A DNA stretch of 63,125 bases, filler included, from Choristocarpus tenellus KU-1152 (GCA_964200185.2; 10 parts of 10 records of this genome joined end to end with filler, not necessarily neighbours in it), one strand, 5' to 3'. Counted from the whole stretch's first letter, positions 12,391-25,512 are shown. A program made the numbers and translations. Notes: generated by a model not told the origin, from the sequence alone.

Positions 12391-14751
12391 TTACTGTATA
12401 GGTTCCTTGCTTTCTGGATCCTCAATCTTTCTTGACTTGAGGTCATCAGCCATAGTGGCTTCTACATGATCAAGAAGTTTTTTTCCAGTGCGGGCTAGGA
12501 TTGAGAAAAAGATTGCTCCAGCAATCAGAATGGCGGCAGAACTGATGGTGAGCCTCCGTGGAGTGGTTGTCTTCTTGTCCGTCCAGGGCTCAACAATGAT
12601 CAAGGCCCCAATGAGTTGAACGCCGTCCGTTAAATACACGAGGCTTGCAAGGACAAGCCTATGGAAATGAGAACCGAGGAGGGATCCCAGAGGAGCCCCT
12701 GCATGAGGTGTAGGGGAAAGGGTAGAATTGTAGGGTAAGGAATTGAGGCAGGTTGGTAACATGCATATATTTATTTACCCATTTTACCACAAAGATACTA
12801 CTGACATCGAAGGGAAGGGAGTATGACATGATGTCTTGCGTGTATCACATAAAAACAGTAGTTGCTTGCATGTTCTGCTGCAGTCAGTCTTCCATATGCC
12901 TACAGGTTCTCGCATCAGGGCACTCACCAATCACAACAACAGGAACACAAACAGCAAAGAACCCAATAGCATCTTCCTCCACGCCTCCCATGCCATAGTG
13001 ACGGTACAAGAAGCCAATCAAGGTGTTGATAGCCATCAGGATCACACTTGTAGGGGTCGCAACCTTTTCACTCACACGGAAGAGTAGTGTGAGGCATGCG
13101 AAGGTGCAGATGTCGATGCCGCTATTGGACAAGCAACAATTGAGAGGAGGAGAAAGGGGATGGAAAAAGAGTTAAGTGTAGAAATCTAAGTAAGGTATCA
13201 TAATCAGGACTATCAAAAGTTGCACATATATTGCCGCTTCAGGCTTCTGTTCCTTCAAGGCACAGGAAGCCAATGCTCAAGACACTTCCTAGGTTTTAGC
13301 AACTTAGCCGAGGAAAATAGGACAAACTACAAGGGGTGCTCTTCATGGAAATGTCACCATGTCGCAGGTGTACAAATCCCCATCAAATGATACCCTCAAC
13401 TACATTTTACGAGGAGTGGAAATGTGAGCCCATATATTTGCATTTGGGAACACTAGAGCCACAGTGAACAATTGGATCTCTCGTGAAGCAATCGCTTTTT
13501 ACCTTCCAGAGATTGCACTGAACACCCCCCCCAGGAAGCCGAACAAGAGCAGTGTCACACCCTTCCAGTTCACAGTCAAAGGAGTGCCTGGGATAGTAAA
13601 AAGGTTGCCCTCCTCCCACAGTGGGACGCTATCAAACACTCGTCGTCCATGGTAGCGGTTAAGCCAGTAAAGGGAGAAGGCAAATGCACCCCAGATGCAT
13701 ACGAAGTACATCTTGGAGTAAGCGGGTTCCAACCGTGGTGCCACCTTCAAAGAAAAATGTATCACACAGGGATGGTGAGTGAGGGTATTGTCAGAGCATG
13801 TTCATCGATGGTGGTATTGCTGGTCAATCAGAAGCATTAAGAAGTATCCTACATCAGCACCATCCATTTTGGTAAATGAGGGCGATGGTTGATACAATCA
13901 TCGGCTACACGTACCTCCTCAAGTCCGAAAATAATTCCCGCCGTGCCTCCGATAGTGGCATAAACCAACGCATGCTTTTCAACCTGAACCCTCATGGTAA
14001 CAATGGTTGTGGCCGCCGCTGTCATTCCCGCCGACTGGATCATGAACGAGAAATCTCTGGCAACAGCAGGAGCTATGCCAAAGGCCAGAGTCATGATGGG
14101 AAATGCGACCGCGGCACCCCCCTGGTGCACAGGAAAAAGAGCGAGAAACGGATGTGAAATAGAATACATCGGTCGGTGAAGAGAAGCCCAACATATTTGT
14201 AATACTGTGCAAGTCTGAAAGAGAGTTTAAAACTTGGCTGCCAAAAGGCAAGAGAGATCCCGGGGTTCACGCGTTGAGCCTTGCAGGAAAGAGACACTCA
14301 CCTCGCTTGTAGCACCAGCAGTCATCGAGCCAAATACCATGGTGATACACATGTACCAGTTCGGGGTGTTCTCCGTGCCCGACCTCTCAGTGAAGAGATG
14401 GAATAGATCATTGGAAATGAAGACGCTCCACCATATAATGTGAGCGATGATAGCAGGTCCAACAAAGGCGATAAGTCTCCTGTGTCTCGTGAACCTGTGG
14501 GACGTGAGGGAGAGAGAGTCGGAGATTTGCCATGTCTGCTCGTGTACAATAACCTCAGTAATGAGAAGGGAGTTGCTTAACTAGACTGCTGGACCTTCTC
14601 ACCAGCTTGCATTGGGGTCTACGAGCTTTGCGGCGGCGTCTTCCTGAAGACTTTGACCCTCGCAAAAGTACTTCTTGAGGAAGGCCAAAACTGGGTTTCT
14701 CTTTTGCTGGGGTTTTTCAACCCCGATATCATATCCAGCTGGGTCTTCCAT
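12391..14751 (-). CDS. Sulfite exporter TauE/SafE (TSUP) family membrane protein, complete, 430 aa
   Basis: Six GT-AG exons in consistent phase: 14751-14603, 14494-14302, 14121-13915, 13744-13503, 13121-12928, 12698-12391 (1293 nt, ATG to TAA). Motifs FGSMTAGATSEGGAAVAFPIMT, DFSFMIQSAGMTAA, GGVFSAISGSGIDIC, SEKVATPTSVILMAINT, VPVVVIGAPLGS; multiple TM helices. Confidence 0.93.
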
Positions 14752-15878
14752 CAGAAAGGGTAGGCGGACACTCGACTTTCTTGTTCGCCAACCTTGACAC
14801 TTAGGGGAGTAAGAGAAACTGAATCGTACAGATCAGTTTGTAAACTGAGGACGAAGGCGGCAAGTAGTGGGAGGGTAAGTTCAGTTGAGATTGATCACGG
14901 ACATCACCATCACATCCTTATTCGGCAGTAAATTGGAAGGAAAATAACATTTACCCAACACTATATATAGTTATTAAATGGTTGCTATATATTGTTGTTG
15001 TTATCCTACACCATTAGGAATTCCTAGGAAGTATATTTCCTACACGAAAAATGTCAATCAACATTTTTAGAGATCGTGTGGTGAGACTCCTATGATGAAT
15101 TATCTTTCTTTTAGGTTGGAGAAATTGTTGAGTGTCCATATTGATCCAAAATGTGCTAATTGTCGGCAGATAAAAACACTTCTTTAGACCGTGATGTGAG
15201 TTCGAATTTGTCAATATACTAAATGAAGTTAACCATATTCTGCCTGTCTACCATTGGCGATTTTTTCTATTGACGTAGAATGGCTGAACACATGTATCCA
15301 ATCCATAATATCAACCCCGACAATTATCCAATAAAAAGAGAGAGAACCTGCTCCCTTGTCCACTACAGCAGTCATCGAAAAGTAGAATGTTTTTATGATG
15401 ATTTGCCAATCAGGTCAAAGAATTCGCATTGATCAAAATAAAACACCTTAACCCAAATCCATCATAATACAAAAATCTAACGGTTGTGGAATGTACTTTC
15501 AACACATCGGTTCAATCGTCTCCTAATAATACCGAAGTATTATTTGCACAGTAGATTCGTGGGGTGCCTCCCTAACTCCTCCCCTCTGGGTACAGGTATA
15601 GTAGATTGAGACACAGGAAGGCAGTAATAAAAGATGGTGGTGAAGTAACAAATAGATTAGTGTCTCTCACATTTATGACATTTTATTTCTCTAGGGCTTA
15701 TACTGATACGTGTATAATTTTCATTGGTTTCCCCCCTGACACATCTGTAAAATGTCAGAGGATATAATAAAAAAAATACAGGACTAACATAGGTTAGAAG
15801 TAGAGGAAGGGAACGGTGTACTATAACTGAACAGCCGATTTCAAAAATTGAGGATGGAGCTTTTCATTGCGGATGGGC

Positions 15879-15978
15879 NNNNNNNNNNNNNNNNNNNNNN
15901 NNNNNNNNNNNNNNNNNNNNNNTTAATTAATTAANNNNNNNNNNNNNNNNNNNNNNNNNNNNNNNNNNNNNNNNNNNN
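15879..15978. other. Artificial contig linker
   Basis: N44-TTAATTAATTAA-N44. Confidence 0.98.
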
Positions 15979-16625
15979 GAAGACACAGTCGTGGAATTGA
16001 CTGGATGCATAGGATGCTGATCTTCCCATTGCTCCCATCCCAACAGTGAACGGCAGGATTTGATGTTTGCTCAAGATTCGTCTACGTAACATTGTTCAAT
16101 GTGCAGTAGATAGACTTGGACGTTGGTAGCAAAGTTCTTATACAAGCCTGTCACGCCAAACATGTACACTGAGCATTTATGTATCCATCAGCAAAATGTT
16201 ACGGAACGAAGCAAAATACACGAACTCGCCTATTCTTGGATCAAACTTGATTTGCAATATTAGACTTCTTCACCTCTACGTCTAGTATTTTTATGAACTT
16301 CCAGTGTTTGGACGAGTTCCCTAAAATTGCTACGCACGCGGACCAAACATGTAGAACAAGACTGCGACTACCTGTGTATTTTGTGGGAGTAAAATCATGG
16401 TTCTATGTGGTATTATTTCCAACGTTGGGGGGGGGAGAGTGTAGCAGGATTTCATTGTCCACCAGCATATCCTTAAACAAGAGTTTCCCGCCAGTATTTT
16501 CTCCAACGCGATGTTCTATGTCTGAGCAATTGAATTTGACGTCAGTATGTAATCTAATGCTCCTCCTAAAATCTCCTTCAACTACAACAGCATCTCACTT
16601 TTTTTGTTGCACCTGCCTTCAAAAG

Positions 16626-19032
16626 GTTTTGGTCTAGAGCAAGACAGACCGGAGAATTGCAGCAGACCCGCTGTGAGATGTCGTGAGGGGACAACATTTT
16701 ATGGTGTTACTCTCAGCCCAACGAAGGACAAGAACAAGCATCGTAGGAAACATTTCTTCAAGCGTGTACACAGATTTTTATCTGAACTTCCTTCACCAAA
16801 TCAGCCACTGGTGTGGGTCCACCTGCGAGCCAATTTGGTCCGCCAGTCAATTTCCTGCATCAAAGTGCGATATTTCAGGGAGAAGAATGTGAGTTGGCGA
16901 GTTCTCAAATTGTTGTACCGAGAGTCTAGGCAAAAGGGAGCATGCACTTGATCTGAGATGAACCATATCAATATAGATGTGGGGGCTTCGTTTCAAGGTC
17001 CAATTTCCAGGGCACTTTGACTGCTTGTCGAGATAGTGAATCTTACGTTCCACCACCTGACCAAGGGAGATTATGCAAGCTCCGGTTTAGGATCTTAAGG
17101 GAGTATTATGTTGTCTGCTCGTCTGGTTAGTGCATCATGTCATGTCTCCAGCTCCCTACTGTGTAAGTATAGGTTAACCATTTCCCCCTGTTCAGCCTAT
17201 ACCATTACATCCAACGGTTTGTGTCTCCGTTTTGGATCAGTGTATGAGGAAATCACCGGCGTAGCGACCTGAATGGATTGGAACTGATTGCGTTCAAGCT
17301 GTGTAGCCAAACTGGTTAAAACGGTTGAAACCATCCAGGTGTACGGTTATCAGTAAGAAGGGAACTAAGTTGAAAAAATATACTCTCTTTGAATTCCTTT
17401 TAGGGATTTCCATTCAAAAATCTCTGTCACATCATGGCAATAACAAGGAGATGCAATTACAAATGTATTAATCCCTAGGTTGACTTGATTCCATTGTCAT
17501 TTTAAAGGTAGTATAAATAGAGAGCGCACACTCTCTTAATAGGTGATTTATGGTGGGAAATTCCATGACCAAAAATTGACATGTCACAACCAGGGTGCTA
17601 CTGCTAGGTACTGATAGTCATTTGATCTGTTTCAACATTCAACCTGACTGACCTGTTTTCTGTTTTCCTGTTGGAACCACACGCTCACATCCAGTTAGAA
17701 ATTGTTGTCTCTGTATCCCAGATTTATGTGCAACACTTTTGTTCCATTCACAACTCAACAAAACAAAATTTGATATCCCCAGAGAAATAACTACCTTTAT
17801 AGTATGACATGATGTTACTTGCTGCCTGGTGAACAACTCGTCGTTAAGCCATTTTTGCTTTTTAGATTTTCTTGCCTTATTTCTTTCCCTTCTGACCTTT
17901 CCATCAATGGACCAACTCATTGGACGCGCCTAGATATCATTTAGAGACAAGGACCAAAGAAACTCAGCTGTCTCCCAACCATTTGATGATGGGATAATGC
18001 AACAAATGACATCTCTGTTTACAGATATGCCCTGGACAGGATCCATTTCATGTCGACCCTATCCTATGTCCAAGAGCAAAGGACCCTATTTTTGTGAAAC
18101 CTGATGACTTAGCCAAGGTAGAGAAGAGCAGGGAGAAGAAATCGAAAAGGTCAGTTCTCAGTCATCAAAGAACCAATACAAACATAACAAAATTTCAATA
18201 TAGACCATGGTTCCAAGTGTGTACAATACACACACGCATGTGTGTAAGTGGTTGAGTATGATTCCCTTTTTCTTCTTAAAGTACTTCTGTCTTCACTAGA
18301 CTATGTTGCCTGCGCTTGTCTACTGAACCGATCTGTCTCGAGATTGTCCTTTTGTACTGAATTGTGTAAGGAAGGTGAAGATGTTGGCCGAAACATGAGG
18401 CATATTTCCCTTGACCACAATTCCCAGTATTGCCAATATCAACCTTCCCTTAACCGCTCAACAGGACACTCAGTATTGGCTTGGACTTGCTCACGTCTGA
18501 CAATGCTCTTGCCACGCGGGGCTGGCTGAATTGTACACAAGCCACAGATGGACTCTGTGAATCCCACAATATATTGGATCTAGCAGGGATTGAGGAGGGT
18601 AGAAACAAAGTCCCAAGTAACAAAGATTTGGAAACAAGGTTTGACATCTCAAGTAATTCTGAGGTAGATGGTGAAAGGGGATCCCAAGATGGCATGTCAG
18701 TATCAGGGATAAGATTTTCCTTTGTGAGAACCACATATGAGTACATTGTGGCAAGAGATGCTAATATTGAAAAGACATTAGTCCATGCTCTATCAGGGAA
18801 GGAGACGTGGATTCCAGTTCCAGGAGAAGAAGAGATGACCCGAGACCCCCCAGCCAAGATGCTTACAAAAACTAGCAAGGCGAACACCCGAGATACATTG
18901 GTGAACTTTGATAACCTGGTGGAATACGCTTTGAAACAGCCCCCAGACAGTGAATGGCTTTCTGGCGAGTGGGGTGGGATATTGAAGATGCTATGTGAGG
19001 GAGTGGATCCACCATGCTCCCCTATGATGTGA
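16626..19032 (+). CDS. Stf0/NodH-like PAPS-dependent sulfotransferase, 3' part (5' exons not found)
   Basis: Phase-compatible exons 16626(or 16638)-16888, 18025-18149, 18465-19032(TGA). Motifs LVWVHLRANLVRQSISCIK (3'-PB-like R.N++RQ.+S), FVRTTYEYI (YE motif), LTKTSKANTRDTLVNFDNLVEY (K....+.D.+.NF+.L tail). The 5'-PSB loop is not in the contig. Confidence 0.65.
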
Positions 19033-19320
19033 TTTGATTGTTTTGCTATCCCCCTATGCTTGTTGGAGCCCTGGTGAGTGAACCTCATGGGGTATATTAC
19101 TGCCTGAAAATCCCCAACGGGACCCTTACTCAGTCATGCAGTACTGCTGACTATATAGTCTATGATTGTTTCTACAAACTAAGTGGAGTAACCTGTCAAA
19201 TGTCATGTGGAGCAGACCTATCTACTATTTTAATAGAATATATAACTTCAGATTTGATGTTGTTTCTTACATATTGACACTTCCATTGTGTTGTCAGAAG
19301 AGAGAACATTTTGATGAACA

Positions 19321-19450
19321 GAATCAAAGTATCTTAAGAGGGTAGAGCTGTATCCGCTTGGAGCCCAAAATCCAAAGTTGCCATTTATGTTTATTTTGAT
19401 TATCGTGTTTACTAGAAAGTGTCAATATCCTTGTTCCAGACGCACCTTTT
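19321..19450 (+). mobile_element. MITE family B, 5' fragment
   Basis: GAATCAAAGTATCTTAAGAGGGTAG...CCAAAATCCAA...AGTGTCAATATCCTTGTTCC matches family B. Confidence 0.85.
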
Positions 19451-19509
19451 CAATGCATTATACCAATCAGACCAACATGAACTCTCCAAACGCGAAGCCA
19501 TTTCTCTAC

Positions 19510-20010
19510 CTGCAAACTCTGGTCCACCACAAGGGTCCCGGTTTCGCTGTTCCAGCAAAGCTTCCCCTTCCAGTAGTCCTAGTGTTGCCTTGGACCTCTA
19601 CACTCTCCCTTTTCTCATCCATCTGCCTCGGTCGAAAACCATCTTTGTTCGCATGGTCTCAGGTTCTGATGGGAGGGGTCTATATTTCCCACCCACAAGC
19701 AGACCAGTCAGTCTCTCCTCATACTGTAATATTCGCACCGATGGTACACCAGGTTGAGGTTGGGGGGTTGTGATTATGGTCCGCCAGTCAAAGTAACAAC
19801 CTTCCATCACTACTCTGCTCTGACGTAGGCGGATCCATACCACCAGCTCCAGTGTTCAGCATCCCATCAATACTCCGAACCTCCATGCTGTTCTCCACAT
19901 CTATTCCATCCTACCCACCGCCAAATTTCGAATCCAAACCCACTTTTTCCGAAGATACCTCTTCTGAAGTCATTTCCTCTGGAACCTCTTCTGTTACAGC
20001 ATGCTCCAGT
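19510..20010 (-). pseudogene. Decayed coding sequence of unknown origin (pseudo-exon or retroelement linker)
   Basis: One minus frame reads EHAVTEEVPEEMTSEEVSSEKVG...PLWWTRVC with protein-like composition over about 165 codons but five in-frame stops. Confidence 0.35.
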
Positions 20011-20186
20011 AACTTACCTCCACAGGATGTATAGCTCCAATTCACAAGCCTGTAGAAAATGCTGATGTTCACACGAGCCTTTTAGGATAGTTCAACAGTC
20101 CATAGGAGTCCATTGTACATTAGCTTAGTCGGACGTCAGCTCAGCAGAACAGGCGTACTTTTCTCTCAATATCAGTGTATGAATAT

Positions 20187-20456
20187 GAGTCAAAGTATCT
20201 TGGAGGGTAGAGCAGCGTCCATTTGGGGACCAAAATCCAATGTTTCGATTTTGATGTAGTTTTGGCTATTGTGTTTGTTAGGAAGTGTCAATATTCTTGT
20301 TCTAGACACACCATTTCATAGCGTATACATATATATACAATTAACCTACTCCGAAATATTTTGGAGTAGGAAGATGTCATCCAAAAAACCCAAGGGAAGC
20401 AACGCCCCAAATGGACAAACAGGACAAAAATCGTACCCTCTAAGATATTTTCACTC
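20187..20456. mobile_element. MITE family B, full copy (270 bp)
   Basis: TIRs GAGTCAAAGTATCTTGGAGGGTA / TACCCTCTAAGATATTTTCACTC; subterminal inverted GTCCATTTGGGG / CCCCAAATGGAC. Confidence 0.92.
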
Positions 20457-20963
20457 GTTGGGTATCAGAATTAAGAAAAGATGTTGAGAGGGGATTGATC
20501 ATCCAAGGCTCTTCATTATTTCTTCCATCGTCATTTACAGTTTATTTGTTTTGGCTAAATTAAGTTGGAATACATCCGAAAACTGTTGCAACATTCCCAA
20601 GTTGCAGATCTTACTCCGCAACCTTTAGTAAATCGGAGTTCCTCTTTTTAAGGTTTCCCCTGCGTGTATACTGCTTGTGCTATTCACCTGTAACATGCCC
20701 CTCAGCGTGAACTAGGAATACATGTTTCGAGTTTATCACAGGCGATATTCGTGGATCTGGAAAACAAACATCATCCATCACCTTAGATCATGCTGCGGCG
20801 GCATGCATAATTGCCATTTGGCAACTTAGGGGCTTCAGATTCGACTCTGCCAATTTAGGGACTTAAGTTCCAAATTTACCGATGGATTCCAACAATGATC
20901 GACATATCTCCTTGTTTCCTATGAAAATGGCCCCCCAATAGTCGTAAGACACAGTCAAGATCA

Positions 20964-21063
20964 NNNNNNNNNNNNNNNNNNNNNNNNNNNNNNNNNNNNN
21001 NNNNNNNTTAATTAATTAANNNNNNNNNNNNNNNNNNNNNNNNNNNNNNNNNNNNNNNNNNNN
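20964..21063. other. Artificial contig linker
   Basis: N44-TTAATTAATTAA-N44. Confidence 0.98.
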
Positions 21064-21453
21064 TTTTTTAATAACCCGGCACCCCCGGAAATCTCCCCTT
21101 TTCCCCTCCCCGCCGCTCTCCGGGTCGGAAAAAAACCGGGGGGGGGGGGGGGGGGGGCAGGGAGTTGAGGATTGTTTGTGGAGGTCAGGGTGACATGGAC
21201 AGTTCACAGCGGCGGGGAGAGAGGGTGGACTGATGATAGAATGGTTCGAGTGGGTGGGGATGGGGGAACGGGAAGACAGAAAAAAAGCCAACTTGAATGG
21301 ACTTGAGGCATACACATACACATATACATGTATATGTGTATGTATGTCGCGTGGGGTAATGAACAAAGCCGGACATTTGCCACAGTTGTGTAGATAGGCT
21401 ATGAATTGAGGATAGGCCCCTCTTCTGACTATCGAGAACATCCTCTGGATTAC

Positions 21454-23029
21454 GTACAAAGCCCTAGTATGCCTGTTCGAAACACCAATTTTGAAGCACT
21501 TGCCAAGAAGAGGCAAAATGAAACGTGCTGTTGGTACAATATCACGCCTTCCAGGGCATGTACAGTAACCCATGAGTTAAGGCATGTGCCACTGTCAGGT
21601 CTTAGCCCCCCTCCCCTTCCCCCCCCTGACCTCACAACCAATGCTTATTTCTTGTACTCTGTGGCCTCGTATTTGAACAGCACCCCTGTAACTCATATCC
21701 ATTGACTCATCCAATAATTCAGTACGAACAATCAAAACCACGCTTTCAAATACAAATAAGAAGTGCTATTGTGGCATGTGTCCTAGTGTAGAGTTTGCAA
21801 CGTTTTCGGAGATTGCATCGTCCTGACCATAGCGAGAAGGAATTGTAGAAACCAAACACAATGAGCCCAGAGCATCCATAACAGCAACAGCAGAAAGATG
21901 CAATCACCCTCACAAAAGGAGAAAACATGCCCTCGACAAACTAAAACTTGATCAAGCGTAACTTTTGCAGCAATCGGTATAAGGCAATTCTCTTTTGCGG
22001 GAGATTAGTCTCCGACTAAATCAACAGACTCTTGAGTAACTTTGGTCAACCGCCATGCTTCAAATAATTCTGACGATCAGGTAGGAAAGCTTTTACCCTA
22101 CGGTAGGAAGGAATCGAGTCACACCTCCACAGAATAGTGTTAGAGAGATAACCAAGTTGGCTTTGAGGGGGTCCACGGAGAAGAGGCAGAGGAGAGCGAG
22201 GGGGTATATGCAGTGTCGTACACAGGTGTACCTGCAGTTGTTGGAAGGACTCCGGAGCAGGTGCCAGAATAACCTTGAGCCCTTCAAGAAAGCAGTGCGG
22301 AATGTTGACTGTAGTGCTGACTGAATGCTGCACAGAACCGGTGAGAGGGCACGGCGGTGTATGGAACAGTGTGACTATGGCGCACAATGCCATTACTTCA
22401 CACAAATGAATGGAACGGTCCCAACATTTAAAGAAACGCGAAAAAAAGAACCAGCGTGGAAATCATCTCCTTGACAATGCGATAGAGCATAGCTACTACT
22501 ATTGCATTGTATAACCTACGATGGCATTGAACCTCTATTGAACCTCTAGGTAGTTGATGCTCGCAATCCCACACCTACTCAAACTCGGAGAAAAACGAGG
22601 AACTGGTGGCACAAAGGAGAACCATACAATTTCGAAGTTGGTGTACCAACTAGGCTGTCCTAAGGAAGCCTTGATACAACAAAATACTATGAAAGCATCG
22701 CGGACAGCTTCATCAACACCAGTAAGGTAACTAGCAATGTGAAGCAACCACACTTGAAAGTATCTACAAGAAAATTACAAACGACCATGAAATTCGATTT
22801 GAAACCACGGACGCTACAATCCAACCAACCCCTTCAACAGAGTCACGATGATCAAGGGTATATCCCATCCAGGTTGCTAACATTATGACGTAGAATCATT
22901 CACATGTGAAACTACGAAGTCGAGATCTGCACGTACGATGACAAACATGAGAAGGATATAGCCTATGAGCTCGGGATTGTGGAAGTACTCCAGCACTCTC
23001 AACAGCAGCTCAGCAGCGCCTTGCATCAT
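21454..23029 (-). CDS. Putative spliced gene for a small hydrophobic protein of unknown function
   Basis: Phase-compatible GT-AG exons 23029-22937 (MMQGAAELLLRVLEYFHNPELIGYILLMFVI), 22669-22628 (ASLGQPSWYTNFEI), 22327-22232, 21931-21828 (GMFSPFVRVIASFCCCCYGCSGLIVFGFYNSFSL). Last exon near 21547-21454 is ambiguous. No recognised domain. Confidence 0.4.
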
Positions 23030-24674
23030 CTATTGCCTGCTTTTGATCTATCAAACTTTGACTTTGAGGGCCACCTTCCCCTTTCCAACAACCCTCTCCT
23101 TCTGTCTTCCTGTTTGTGTGACACTTTCTAGGGTGATGTTTAAATTCCATAATTTGTATTTCTTTGGAAAATAGATCTCAAAGATACGGACGGTAGTGAT
23201 AAACTGACGAAACTGAGAAATTCTCATTTTCACACTATTTTGGACCAACACTTACCACTTTAACCTTATCCCTCTTAGAGTTCGTCGATTCACAAACAAC
23301 CCCAGTGAAAGGGTGACAATCCGTGTGCCCTACTTGAAGGAAACCCACAACTATAGTCCTCGAGTGCCATATAAATCGCGCTACAATTCGAATGGTGAAG
23401 GTCCATACGTTGACGGAATAGTACCGCAAAGCCGACGAGGGACCAGAAGTATGGCATGACTGTGATATCTAACGACACGATGCCAGTTGATGCAGGAAGA
23501 AGGAAGATTCGTCGTCCTTTGATCCTTGTCCTGTTTATACAACTTGCGGAATTCATTTGGGGTGTCTGCATGATGAGGCGCGTGGTTCGAGGAAGTGTGA
23601 GCCTTTGTCTCCGTTGTGCTCATGGGGTGAGAACAAACGAAGAACTTAAAATCTTCCTTCATGATGGCTGAAATATTTACGTTTGGTATGGTGCAATCCA
23701 ATGTTCGTGGTCGGAAGCCAGCGCCAGATTATATCCCTCGCATCCAACCTCAAAATATTATCCATCGTCTTTTGCTCGACTAGAGATGAGGAGGGACGTC
23801 TACAACAATATCCCCTGCATGCTCATTGCTCTATGTTTTGCAATGCCCCATACGTAAACTTTCGACAAGCTGCAACACAAGACAACTCGCAGCATTATAG
23901 GAGATTATCATGGATGTCTTCGGAAAGTTTTCCACCCTACCTTAGCGCTCTCTACCTAGAGTTGATTCTCCCTTATCGAGTCTGAGATTCTGAGGGCACT
24001 GATTTGACTGGTATAGCCTATTAGCTTATATCTACTCTCACTCAGCGTATGAAGTGTGTCCTGACCGTCAACTCAGATCCATAATTTGTGGATTTGAATA
24101 GGTTTTGGGACAGTGTATCGCTGAAGCAGTGATTGTGCTATTTGAGGCAACCCTGGTTTCCTTTTGTGTGGCCTGGCGCTTCGCACCTGAGACCAGAACA
24201 ATGTAAGTTTCACGGTAGTGATACTGCACCGGCTAAAGGCAACATTGTATAGTCTTAATTATGGTGATGGAATTTGCGAGCGAAAATGAATCGAGATGAA
24301 TTCGTAGTGTTAGAATATTTCTCCAATATGGGATACGGTTAGTCCTGATTTTAGAGCAATTTTATATAGATGGCATTTAACCCTGACCCAGCAAATATGA
24401 AGCGCTTACCACAGAAACGAAGTGATAGCAGCCGCAGAATGAAGATGTGTACTCGGGGTTTTAAAATGGCATTGAGGCTCTGCCTTGAGTAAACTTGCTT
24501 GCCTCTCCAAGTAAAGCATAACTGTACTGGTAGGTGGAGGAAAAGTGCTTAGTCCTATACCTACAACTAACATTCCAAACATTCGAAAAATCTTGATCTG
24601 ATGATTTGGAATTTCAAATGTTCCACACAATTGAACACTCTCTCTTCAATTCCATACTTTTGTTTCCTTCTGCA

Positions 24675-25147
24675 ATGGCCACTCCCCTCTCCCCCAAATA
24701 TACATTTCCCGGAAGGAACTTGAGCAGCAGTGGAAAAAACCGCTTCTGGTGTGCCCTGGTGACCATAGTGCTTGCAGCATCCCACATCCTTGGGTCTCTG
24801 TTGCTCTTGTGTGCAACTGAATGTCCCAAGTCCATAGGGAGAGAAATAGTCTCCCTCACTATCAGCGGACTTCAACGGTATGCTGAGCACTATCCCATCC
24901 CTGAAATGCGAGCAAAGGGGGTGGGTTCACCAATGGGAGCTGGGGTACCGGTTGTGATTGGGCATACTCTAGAGCTACTTGTAGGGTCACCCCTCATGGA
25001 AGAAGTTTTTTTTCGATGGGCTCTGTTTGAAAACCTGCTTGGAAGGGTGGAAGGCGTGAAAGCACCAGGAATATCCGCTGCAGTTTCAGCAGCAGTATTT
25101 GGTGCCTCACATCTGATTAATGTCTCCAGAACACAGACCCAAACAAG
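24675..25147 (+). CDS. CPBP/Abi (type II CAAX prenyl protease-like) intramembrane protease, 5' exon, truncated by contig end
   Basis: Family motifs SPLMEEVFFR (EExxxR) and SAAVFGASHLIN (FxxxH) with hydrophobic segments; donor AG|GTGTGT at 25148; start codon tentative. Confidence 0.8.
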
Positions 25148-25206
25148 GTGTGTAAGGGGTTGGTGGATGAGATAGTGGGTAGGCTTGGATCATCCATTGA
25201 TCTATG

Positions 25207-25306
25207 NNNNNNNNNNNNNNNNNNNNNNNNNNNNNNNNNNNNNNNNNNNNTTAATTAATTAANNNNNNNNNNNNNNNNNNNNNNNNNNNNNNNNNNNNNN
25301 NNNNNN
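25207..25306. other. Artificial contig linker
   Basis: N44-TTAATTAATTAA-N44. Confidence 0.98.
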
Positions 25307-25334
25307 CCCACCCTCCCCCCAGATACTTCGGGTC
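25307..25334. mobile_element. MITE family A terminus at contig edge
   Basis: CCTCCCCCCAGATACTTCGGGTC is the reverse complement of the family A end GACCCAAAGTATCTGG. Confidence 0.75.
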
Positions 25335-25512
25335 TCTAGTTTAAGTGAATAAAAGATGTACCTTGATGCTGACAACTTTAAAGAAGGTGTCATTTTCCTC
25401 TTTTGTTTCATTGTCTTGTACCTTTGTCACTACATCTCAATATCCGTGAACGCACCTGTACCTGTACCTCCAAAATTCTCCTGCCTTACTCCTTCTTTCC
25501 GTCTTTTAGCAG

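Noticed and set aside
12391-19032. Apparent sulfur cluster (TauE transporter next to a sulfotransferase)
   Set aside because: The genes are on different contigs separated by the artificial linker at 15879-15978
18450-19088. 212-aa minus-strand ORF
   Set aside because: Antisense shadow of the sulfotransferase terminal exon
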